The position numbers and the translations under genes are program-made. Below are positions 32,161 to 39,820 of a stretch of DNA of 64,000 bases, piece by piece (within the stretch, counting starts at the first letter, position 1; the number at the start of each line of letters is the position of its first letter). Under the pieces are notes generated by a model that saw only the letters and a list, made by a program, of their open reading frames with translations, was not told the origin of the DNA and did no database searches. Source of the stretch: an uncultured delta proteobacterium. Its GTDB lineage: Bacteria > Myxococcota_A > Polyangia > Fen-1088. The stretch is taken from positions 1,632,001 to 1,696,000 of the forward strand of contig CAWCMR010000025.1 of NCBI GenBank assembly GCA_963796685.1, read 5' to 3'.

Positions 32161-32411
32161 CACCAGTTCCAGGGCATGGCGTCCTTCACGATCGACGTCG
32201 TGCCTTTGACCACGCTCTGTCCAATTCCGAGCGTGGTGTTCACGGCGCCGCCCGCGAGACCGAAGACCGAGCTCGCGCCCGCGCTGACGGTGCCAAATAC
32301 GCCCGTGCTTTGCGGCGCCGCCTTCTTCCCGCGGATGAAAAGCCAGACCAGGACGCCAACGAGGGCGACGGCGCCGACGATGAGCAGCGTCCTGGTGGTG
32401 TTGTCTTTCAT
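32160..32411 (-). CDS. 83-aa N-terminal TM protein
   Basis: MKDNTTRTLLIVGAVALVGVLVWLFIRGKK...; TAATG overlap with the capsid candidate. Confidence 0.7.
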   Translation of the reverse strand: MKDNTTRTLLIVGAVALVGVLVWLFIRGKKAAPQSTGVFGTVSAGASSVFGLAGGAVNTTLGIGQSVVKGTTSIVKDAMPWNW

Positions 32412-34048
32412 TAGGTCACGTCGATGAGGGTCGACGGGTTCCGGAAGTGCTTTGCCTTGCGGTAGGTGGACGGCATGAGGCCGCCGGAGAGCGCGACCTG
32501 TTCCTTGATCTTCGCGGACGAGAGCTCGCGGAGGGATAGGGTCAGGAAGGCGTCGGGTCCGGTGCGAGGAACAGAGAACACCCCGCGCAGCTTCGGCTTG
32601 GTGTCGGCGTTGAACTTCGGCAACGCCATCGGAACCATTTCGAGGCTCGGCTGTCGGAGCCACAGCATGAGCAGCTTGTCGAGCGAGGCGCCGTTGGCCA
32701 CGGTGCCCTGCACGTAGTTGCCGTCGTTGGCGTAGTCGTAGGCACCGATGCGGCCCACGCTCTGCGCTTGCCGGCGCGCGAGCACCAGCATGTCGATCGC
32801 CTTCACGTCCTCGAGGCCGAAGTCGGGCCCGATGATGTTGGTCAGGGTGTCGAAGGTCAGGTTGCCAGGCAACCCAGCCAGCTTCGAGAGCCAGGCCAAT
32901 CCGAGCACCATGTCCTCGGCCTTGCTGGCCGCGGGGCCGGTGCCGCCGAAGTTCTGGAAGATCAGACCGTCTTCGCCGGAGGCCGGCGTGTCGAGCCGGG
33001 CGTAGGGCAAATAGTTCTGCCGCCACAGCGGGCTGATCGCGTAGCTCGTGCCGAGACGGACCGTGCTCGGATTCTTGGTGTTGGCGTCGGTCGAAACCGC
33101 CGCCAGAGCCGTGCTGGCCGCGATCCCGATCTGGAATCGCATGTTGTCCAGCGTGCGTAGCCACGGGCACGTGGCCGAGGGGTCGCCCAGGGTGCGCTGT
33201 GCCCACGGAAATACGAAGTACTTCGTCAACGGGACGTCGTTCGGATCCGTCGTGGGTACGGTGATCGTCACCGACGGGGCGTCTCCCCACCGGCTGAAGC
33301 CCTGGCCGACGAAGGAGATCCCGCTCTCGAGGATGGGCCCGGTCCCCGTCACCTTGTCCAGGATGGTTCCATGGAACAGGCTGGAGATCTGCAGGTAGTC
33401 GAGCAACCGTGCCAGGTCCTGGCTCAAGATCGGGTTCGTTCCGGTCGAGACCTGTTCGACGGTGGTATCGACGGCGACGATGCTATCGACGCCGATCAGC
33501 GGCTGCCCGCCAGCCGTCTTGTTCTTCGTCGTCGTCTGCATGTAGAGCGAGAGCTCTTGGGTCGCACCAGGCGTGTACGCGAGGCTCTTGCCCTGCCCTG
33601 GCATGGTGACGCCGTCGAGCGTGTCCGGCGCTGAAAGATGGCTGATACCGAAAGCGACGCCGAGGCCTAGCAGGCCTCCCAAGAATCCCAAGACTTGACC
33701 AAGCCAACCGCTCGAGCTCTGCACAAAGCAAGGAACGCTCCCAGCGCATGCGGCGAAGGCGTAGTCAGCGCCGAGCAACACGAAGCCCACGGGCAGCAGC
33801 AAGCCGCTGATGCGCAGCAAGCTCCGCAGGACGCTGGGCAGCTTGTCGCCGTTTCCGGCCGCGGTGATCGTACCGTCGGCGGCCTTGGTAGTCGTCAAGC
33901 TGGTGAACCAGGGCTTGAGCGCCATGCCCACGCCCACCAGCACCAGCACGATGATCGGGCCCATGAACCAGTACTTTTTGCAAAAGTCGATGAAGGCCAT
34001 CGGGGCTTTTGTGACCTGCTCGGTGACGGTGGGGGACGCATCGGCCAT
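32411..34048 (-). CDS. Candidate major capsid protein (double-jelly-roll-like) with N-terminal TM extension
   Basis: 545 aa, largest gene, directly downstream of the ATPase; ~135 aa with three hydrophobic segments then ~410 aa beta-rich body; the CDS is secure, the fold is inferred. Confidence 0.6.
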   Translation of the reverse strand: MADASPTVTEQVTKAPMAFIDFCKKYWFMGPIIVLVLVGVGMALKPWFTSLTTTKAADGTITAAGNGDKLPSVLRSLLRISGLLLPVGFVLLGADYAFAACAGSVPCFVQSSSGWLGQVLGFLGGLLGLGVAFGISHLSAPDTLDGVTMPGQGKSLAYTPGATQELSLYMQTTTKNKTAGGQPLIGVDSIVAVDTTVEQVSTGTNPILSQDLARLLDYLQISSLFHGTILDKVTGTGPILESGISFVGQGFSRWGDAPSVTITVPTTDPNDVPLTKYFVFPWAQRTLGDPSATCPWLRTLDNMRFQIGIAASTALAAVSTDANTKNPSTVRLGTSYAISPLWRQNYLPYARLDTPASGEDGLIFQNFGGTGPAASKAEDMVLGLAWLSKLAGLPGNLTFDTLTNIIGPDFGLEDVKAIDMLVLARRQAQSVGRIGAYDYANDGNYVQGTVANGASLDKLLMLWLRQPSLEMVPMALPKFNADTKPKLRGVFSVPRTGPDAFLTLSLRELSSAKIKEQVALSGGLMPSTYRKAKHFRNPSTLIDVT

Positions 34049-34313
34049 AGGAAACACCTTTCTCGGCGCTGGGCGCTGTTGACGTTGTGTCCAGTCTCAG
34101 GCCAATCGCCGTCGACGTCCGCTGAGGATCTGTCTCCGTCGCTGGCGATGGCGTCTAGCGATGAGGGATAGGCGCGGGACCGACGGTGGTCAGTTTCCCG
34201 CACGTGTTGCATCGGTAGGCTCTCATCAATACCCCGTCGCTCCAGTAGGCGTCGGAGCGGCAGGCGTTGAGCCGGAACAAATGCGCAAGGCTGTGCAGAA
34301 TCTTCCGCAGCAT

Positions 34314-35114
34314 TCACGCCGGACCGTAGATCACACCGTCCCAGGCGCGATCGGTGAAGAGGACGATGCATTCGCCCCGCTCCATCCGAGTGAGCAACAT
34401 CGCCGCCTCTTTCGGGATGAGCCGCAGATCGAGGGAGTAGTCGAGCGAGCGGCCACCGAGGCCAAAGAAAATGTAAGCCGTGGCGTTGTCCAGCGCCGAG
34501 CCGGGCATGTGGCTCGGCAGCTGCAGCAGGATGATCGAGCTCGCCCCGGGCCCGCGTCCTTGGAGCTGCAGCCAGACGAGCGCCGGGCCAGCAAACACGC
34601 GCGGTGTGGGCTCGAGCGTGTCTTGGTTCACCCGCAGAAGCGGCGTCAGCTCGTCACCGAGGAACGCGAAGTGCTCCCCTGATTCGGCCGCGTCCCGGAC
34701 GAGTGAGGCCGCATCGTCGCCGCCGATGCCGGGCCGGCAGACGATGAAGGCCGGCGCATCCTCGACGATCGCGCGCCTGGCCTCCGTCATCGAATGGACC
34801 AGCTTCCCCTTGTACTGCGGTCGCTCGGGATCCTTCACGTCGTGGATAACGGCCGTCGAGCAGATGTGCCGGCGCTGCATCTCCTCGACGAACTTCACCG
34901 TGAACCAGGTCTTCCCCTTGCCGCTGGCACCGCCGATCACGAACCGGCCGCCCTCGCCCTCGGGGACGGCGTCGAGAGCAAGCGCAATCGCAGCGCTCTG
35001 AGTGCCGCGAGGCTGGCCGGCCGGGCGAGCCTCGGCTTTTTGAGGCCCCAGTAGTGGTTTCGGCTGTTGTACGCGTTTCGGAATCTTCGCCAGACTTCGT
35101 GATGTACCAGACAT
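34314..35114 (-). CDS. FtsK/HerA-superfamily ATPase (A32/P9-like genome packaging ATPase)
   Basis: Walker A GASGKGKT, HDVK, Walker B FAFLGDE, QGRGPG Arg finger, LLQLP sensor; 266 aa, no TM. Confidence 0.8.
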   Translation of the reverse strand: MSGTSRSLAKIPKRVQQPKPLLGPQKAEARPAGQPRGTQSAAIALALDAVPEGEGGRFVIGGASGKGKTWFTVKFVEEMQRRHICSTAVIHDVKDPERPQYKGKLVHSMTEARRAIVEDAPAFIVCRPGIGGDDAASLVRDAAESGEHFAFLGDELTPLLRVNQDTLEPTPRVFAGPALVWLQLQGRGPGASSIILLQLPSHMPGSALDNATAYIFFGLGGRSLDYSLDLRLIPKEAAMLLTRMERGECIVLFTDRAWDGVIYGPA

Positions 35115-35127
35115 AGACGATCCTTTG

Positions 35128-35943
35128 TCACTCGACCGAGGAGGAGGGCGCCGCACCAGTCGCAGCACCATCGTTTGGCACTACGGACAGCCGCGGAGGA
35201 AGGGCGGAGCTCGGCGGGGATCGCGGCTGGTCCTCGCTCTCGGAAGTATCGTGGGCATGCGGCGGGACGCTCTCCTCGGTGGTACTGGGCGCACCAGGAT
35301 CGCGCTCCGCAGGTGGCACACGGCGCTTGGGCCGCAGCGGCTCTCCCGTCATGTACATCTGGATCCACATCACGATGCCCAGGAGGAGCGAGGCCGGGCC
35401 GGGCGCGAGCTCTATCTTCGGCATCTTGCCCTTGCCCTTCGTCCACTTCTCGAATGCCTCGTCGAACTTGTCCTTGATCTCCTCGTTCGGTTCGTCGGGG
35501 TTCCGGCCGCACCACTTGATCGTCTTCTGCTCTCCCGCGACGATCAGCTCGGGCGCGCCCTTGCGGAAGAGTTGCCCGATATCGACCTTCTCCGACTCCT
35601 CCGCCGGCGGCGGCTGCGCTGGTTGCGGGGTGGCTTGCTGCGCTTGCTGCGCTTGCTGCGGCTGCTGCGCCTGCTGTGCGGTGAATCCCCACTTTGCGCG
35701 CAGGGCTTCGTTTGGCGCCCGGCTTGGCGTCGCCGGCGCCGCCGGTTGGCTGGTTGCCGAGCTCGCCGAGGCCTCGGCCGAGCTCGCCGGCGGCTGACCA
35801 GATGCCACCGCCCGCGGTTTGAGTGGGCGATCGCCGCATTTCTTGTCGCAATCCAGGCACTTCGAGATCCCCGAGATGCCCTTGCCGTTGGCGTCCTTCT
35901 TGTCCCAGCGGTGGTTTCGCGTTTCGCATCCTGGTCTACCCAT
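35128..35943 (-). CDS. Hypothetical protein with Cys/His N-terminus, Gln/Ala repeats and one hydrophobic segment
   Basis: C....H...CLDC...C; AQQAQQPQQAQQAQQA; ASLLLGIVMWIQMYM. Confidence 0.65.
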   Translation of the reverse strand: MGRPGCETRNHRWDKKDANGKGISGISKCLDCDKKCGDRPLKPRAVASGQPPASSAEASASSATSQPAAPATPSRAPNEALRAKWGFTAQQAQQPQQAQQAQQATPQPAQPPPAEESEKVDIGQLFRKGAPELIVAGEQKTIKWCGRNPDEPNEEIKDKFDEAFEKWTKGKGKMPKIELAPGPASLLLGIVMWIQMYMTGEPLRPKRRVPPAERDPGAPSTTEESVPPHAHDTSESEDQPRSPPSSALPPRLSVVPNDGAATGAAPSSSVE

Positions 35944-36382
35944 TTTTCATCGGCTCCAGCAGTTTCGGTCCTACAAGCTCCGCCTCGATCACGTTCGTGC
36001 GCCCGTCCGCAGCCTCGAGTTTGAGGGTGGTCAGCTGCGCCCGCTCTCGCTTGTATCGCTCGACTTGCGCAAGGAAGATCCGTTGGATGTTCGGTGCGTG
36101 CGTCTCGACGGCGACTAGGATCGCCTTCACGCAGTCGACCGGCGAGAGCGCTCGCCAGAGGAGCTTTTTGCCCTCCTTCATGATCGTATCCTTCACTTCC
36201 ACGAGGAAGGGCGACGTCGGACGGGAGGCGTGAGCGATCAGGAGGGGGATGTAGTCGAAGATCCAATCCGAGAATTCCTCAACTTGCGGCTCGGCCGCTC
36301 TCGCAACCACCGCGTCGAGCTTCGCTACGAACTTCTCTTCGAGGGTCAGCTTCCGTTCTTCGCTCCGCGTGAAGATGCCCAT
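35936..36382 (-). CDS. Hypothetical helical protein
   Basis: 148-aa ORF overlapping the downstream start. Confidence 0.6.
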   Translation of the reverse strand: MGIFTRSEERKLTLEEKFVAKLDAVVARAAEPQVEEFSDWIFDYIPLLIAHASRPTSPFLVEVKDTIMKEGKKLLWRALSPVDCVKAILVAVETHAPNIQRIFLAQVERYKRERAQLTTLKLEAADGRTNVIEAELVGPKLLEPMKNG

Positions 36383-36429
36383 GCGCAGAGGGTAACACGT
36401 TTCTGCGCAATCGTGCTACCATCCTCACC

Positions 36430-36900
36430 ATGGAGCTCCTGCTCAACCGGACGAGGGATCGGCCGCCGACGCCGCGAGAGGTACAAACGGACATCCGCAA
36501 GCTGGGCTACGTGAACGGGGGAGCGCTTCACGGCAGCTTCAACCGCGATCTCGGGATCTGGCTCTGCATGGTCGTAGCCTTCTGTGATCAGGACGATCTC
36601 TACGCGGCCAACCACTTTTCCGGCGCGCAAGCCGAGCTCGAGTGGTGGCAGCGCGATCACGTTCTCACGGGCCTGGCCTTCGATCGCAGCGAACCGGATT
36701 CGCACTGGGAAGCGCTGGCCTGCGCAAAGCGCGGTCAGCTCGAGCGGGCACGGATCTGCGCATGGTTCGACCGCGGCTCGCTGCCCCGCCTGATCCCTCA
36801 CTTCGAATTCTTCCGGCGGGCGCCTCGAGATCGCGAAAGGTTCCGGCCGCGTGGTGAACCGATCGACGTCCGAGAGATGCGCCGAATGCTCGGCGTTTGA
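36430..36900 (+). CDS. Hypothetical protein (divergent orientation)
   Basis: 156-aa ORF with protein-like composition. Confidence 0.5.
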   Translation: MELLLNRTRDRPPTPREVQTDIRKLGYVNGGALHGSFNRDLGIWLCMVVAFCDQDDLYAANHFSGAQAELEWWQRDHVLTGLAFDRSEPDSHWEALACAKRGQLERARICAWFDRGSLPRLIPHFEFFRRAPRDRERFRPRGEPIDVREMRRMLGV

Positions 36901-36922
36901 ATCCCCCACAAAAAGGAGTCCC

Positions 36923-37354
36923 ATGGATCTGCAGAAGCTCTTCGTCGCCCTCGAACAAGCAGGAGTCACCACGATCGGACAGGCGCGCAGCGCACTGGTG
37001 TCCCTCGGCATCCAGCCCGCATCGCTGGCCCTCAACCACTCCGATTTGCCGAAAGCGCTCTCGACTCTCAAGCCGGTGACAGCGAAGCCTGGAACCGCGG
37101 CCGCGGCCACTGCCGTACCGGCGCCCGCCTCGCCAAAGCCATCGGACGTTGCCGTCAGCCAGGCCGCCGAGCTCGCCGTGAAGATCGTGGCTCCCCAGCT
37201 CGAGCACCTCCTCGAGGTTGCGATCAACCAGATCCACTCCTCGATCGCGCAGCACATGGATCCCGTGCACGCGACTCTGACCCAGGTTCAGACCACGCTG
37301 GCGGCCGCCGCAGCCAAGGCGTCCGCGCCCGCGGCCGCACCGGCGCAAACGTAA
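36923..37354 (+). CDS. Ala-rich hypothetical protein
   Basis: RBS AAGGAG, GC3-rich codons. Confidence 0.65.
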   Translation: MDLQKLFVALEQAGVTTIGQARSALVSLGIQPASLALNHSDLPKALSTLKPVTAKPGTAAAATAVPAPASPKPSDVAVSQAAELAVKIVAPQLEHLLEVAINQIHSSIAQHMDPVHATLTQVQTTLAAAAAKASAPAAAPAQT

Positions 37355-37371
37355 TCCTACGGAAGGGCCGG

Positions 37372-37587
37372 CTATGTCCGGCCCGCCATATCCGTTGAGT
37401 GGCAGTCCGGCCCGCCCCTGGTTTTGGTTGATTTCCCAGGGGCGGGCCGTTTTGCTGGCTTGAGCCTTGACGGCGGGCACCAGCTCCACCAGAGCTCGAA
37501 GAGCTCGCGGCTGATCTCGGTGCACCTCGAGATCCTTGGGAGATCCACCACGTCGCGGACCTTTCGGTCTGTCACTTCTTTTCCCAT
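37372..37587 (-). CDS. Hypothetical protein
   Basis: 71-aa ORF overlapping the end of the replication gene. Confidence 0.35.
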   Translation of the reverse strand: MGKEVTDRKVRDVVDLPRISRCTEISRELFELWWSWCPPSRLKPAKRPAPGKSTKTRGGPDCHSTDMAGRT

Positions 37588-38510
37588 GGCCGATCGCCGT
37601 AGGTCTTTTCCCAGTGGTCCTTTGCCTCCTGCTGCTTCCGGTGCAAGCGCTTGAGCTCGTGCGCGTCCAGGCCAGCTCCGAGATCTGCCAGAAGCGAATC
37701 CAGGTACCTCCGCGCGAAGGCCTTCGGATTTTCCTCCGCGGCCTTCTTGGTCTCTGCTTTCGTGGCCGGCTTCGCAGGCGCAACTTTTCGTTCAGCGATG
37801 AACATCTGCTTTTCGAGGTAAACGTCGGCCCACGGACGCCATCTCTCACTCCGCGACATATATCTAGGGACCTGCAGTGGTAACGCATACTGCAATTGCT
37901 CCCACTCTTCCGTGGTCAGCTTGGCCAGCAGGCGCTTGCATTTAGGCGGATCTCTCAGCTTCCAGTGCAGGTTCTTGAACCACTCCCACCGCGTCAGCGC
38001 TACCTTTCCACCCCCCTTCAGGGGGGCCCCGGGGGGCGCGTCCACGGGACGCCCTTTATTACTTTCTGCAGAATGTCTCTGAGACGTCCCGTTGATGTCC
38101 CGTGGACGTCCCGTGGACGTCCCGTTTTCACTTCTCGCTTCCTCCAAGGCATCTTCGTGGAGCTGCTCGCGGAATTTCGCCTTTGCCTTCTTCCAGCGGA
38201 GCCGCTCCTTCTCGTAGCTGCCCATCGGCGTCTTGTCCCAATCGGGGTAGTACCAGGTCCGTCGCCGACGGCGGAGAAAGTGATTCGAGCCCAAGGCCTT
38301 GACCAGCGTTCGAGTGGATGCCCTCACGCGCATCCGGGATCGGATGTGTTCGATCTGGTACTTCTTGGGCAACTTTCCGTCGCTGCCCTCGAGCATGACA
38401 AACTCCCGCAAGCGCATGATCGCCTCGGCGCCCGCACAGTCCTTGATTTGCTCGGCGAAGGTTTTGGTGAAGACGTCGTCCCAGAATCCGATCTCACAGG
38501 GGACGTACAT
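37572..38510 (-). CDS. Putative replication initiator (lambda O / replisome-organiser architecture)
   Basis: N-terminal wHTH-like domain ending YYPDW, basic helix, iteron-encoded linker, helical C-domain. Confidence 0.65.
   Translation of the reverse strand: MYVPCEIGFWDDVFTKTFAEQIKDCAGAEAIMRLREFVMLEGSDGKLPKKYQIEHIRSRMRVRASTRTLVKALGSNHFLRRRRRTWYYPDWDKTPMGSYEKERLRWKKAKAKFREQLHEDALEEARSENGTSTGRPRDINGTSQRHSAESNKGRPVDAPPGAPLKGGGKVALTRWEWFKNLHWKLRDPPKCKRLLAKLTTEEWEQLQYALPLQVPRYMSRSERWRPWADVYLEKQMFIAERKVAPAKPATKAETKKAAEENPKAFARRYLDSLLADLGAGLDAHELKRLHRKQQEAKDHWEKTYGDRPWEKK
38040..38126. promoter_or_regulatory. Putative replication origin (iterons)
   Basis: Four tandem 11-mers GA(C/T)GTCCCGT(G/T) at 38083-38126, AT-rich 38054-38067, inverted copy at 38040-38051. 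Confidence 0.7.
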
Positions 38511-38817
38511 CTGTACCCCACTTCGCCAAGCAAGTTTCTGCGTGCCTGGACCATCGATCGCCCTTGTAGTCCAGGTGTTCAAGGATCTCCCGGAACCACT
38601 GCGGTCCGATGGTCTTGTGCTTGGCCGTGACCTCGTACCACAGCACGATGGTTCCCGTCTTGTCGGGGTTCGGTTCGACGTTAATGAGATCCCCAATGTT
38701 CTTTTCCGGGAACCGATCGTCCCTGGCCCAGATGATCTTGGCCTTGCAACCGAGACACACAGTGAAGTGCCCCGGCTGCGATCCTTTTACCTGGGCCCTC
38801 TGCACCTTCTTTTCCAT
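38494..38817 (-). CDS. Phage Zn-binding protein (CxxC...HxxxC)
   Basis: CLGCKAKIIW...RHAETC. Confidence 0.65.
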   Translation of the reverse strand: MEKKVQRAQVKGSQPGHFTVCLGCKAKIIWARDDRFPEKNIGDLINVEPNPDKTGTIVLWYEVTAKHKTIGPQWFREILEHLDYKGDRWSRHAETCLAKWGTDVRPL

Positions 38818-38819
38818 CT

Positions 38820-39035
38820 TCACCGCCGCACCGCCTTTCTTCGCAAGCACAGCCGGCGGATAGTTGCCGGATCCGGTGGCCACGTCTCACCTGCAGGCCG
38901 CGAGAACACCTTACCCAGGTGCGCGGAGATCTGCCGGAAGTTCATGCCCTGGCCACGTGCGCGGATCGCCTCGTCGGTGGCCGCCGGCGTCCAGGGGAAC
39001 TTGTGCGGAGCTCCGATCTTGCGTCCGCCGCTCAT
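38820..39035 (-). CDS. Small HTH DNA-binding protein
   Basis: WT...RARGQGMNFRQISAHLG...ATIRRL; RBS GGAGGT. Confidence 0.65.
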   Translation of the reverse strand: MSGGRKIGAPHKFPWTPAATDEAIRARGQGMNFRQISAHLGKVFSRPAGETWPPDPATIRRLCLRRKAVRR

Positions 39036-39367
39036 GCTGCACCTCCGGAGTTGGCGAGAAGGATCCGATCGATGTGAACCTTCAACGCACTGGTGAGAAC
39101 CTCGGAAACATTGACTGGCAGTAGAACCTGCCGGACGTCGGGACGTAGACGCGTACACGCGACGGTGAACTCTCCCGAGATGAAACCCACGAAGAAGAGC
39201 TCAGGCCGGAGGCTGCGTTGATCGAATTCTCGCGCAACCGCGTTCGAGAGCTCGTGGACCAGTTGATCGCGGTAGGCGGTCGAATCGAAACAAACGGGCA
39301 CCCTGCGCAGTTGCTGCGGCGGCCGCGGCCGGCGGAGGATGTTACGGAACCACGCGAGGCCGATCAT
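39032..39367 (-). CDS. Hypothetical protein
   Basis: ATGA overlaps at both ends. Confidence 0.55.
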   Translation of the reverse strand: MIGLAWFRNILRRPRPPQQLRRVPVCFDSTAYRDQLVHELSNAVAREFDQRSLRPELFFVGFISGEFTVACTRLRPDVRQVLLPVNVSEVLTSALKVHIDRILLANSGGAA

Positions 39368-39645
39368 CGGAGATCTCCGGCCGCGAGCTCCCACATGGTG
39401 ACCTCGTCATCGGTCATTGCTCGGGCGATCGTCGAGCCGCAGTTGCGACACGTGCCAAGCTCGAGGACCTGGGCGCCGGCGTCTTTCGGGTCATCCGGCT
39501 TGTCATCGCCGGCGCGGCAATCCTGGAAACCGCAGGGTGAGGTCAGAGTACGGAATAAAGCGACGCTGCGCTTGATTGCTTCATGGGACTGTGGTGTGCA
39601 GGCGCGTTGTGGCTTGCCATCGCGGTCCAGCTGAGATAGATGCAT
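39364..39645 (-). CDS. Zn-ribbon-like hypothetical protein
   Basis: LELGTCRNCGSTI; RBS GGAGGAAG; first gene inside attR. Confidence 0.6.
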   Translation of the reverse strand: MHLSQLDRDGKPQRACTPQSHEAIKRSVALFRTLTSPCGFQDCRAGDDKPDDPKDAGAQVLELGTCRNCGSTIARAMTDDEVTMWELAAGDLR

Positions 39646-39711
39646 GTGAACTTCCTCCGAGGAGGAAGGCAGCGATGGAAGCGACGAGGGATGAAAGGCA
39701 GCCTACAACCG

Positions 39712-39757
39712 GGACTGAAAATCCGTGTGTAGACAGTTCGACTCTGTCCCTGGGCAC
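39712..39757 (+). repeat. attR: displaced 3' half of tRNA-Phe
   Basis: 44/46 identical to 23952-23997. Confidence 0.92.
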
Positions 39758-39820
39758 TGCCAGAGTAAATACCTCGTACGTAAAGAGGACGCTTGCTTAG
39801 AGCGTCGAAGGAGACATTCA

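Noticed and set aside
39712-39757. Second tRNA-Phe gene
   Set aside because: Lacks the D-arm and 5' acceptor strand; it is attR
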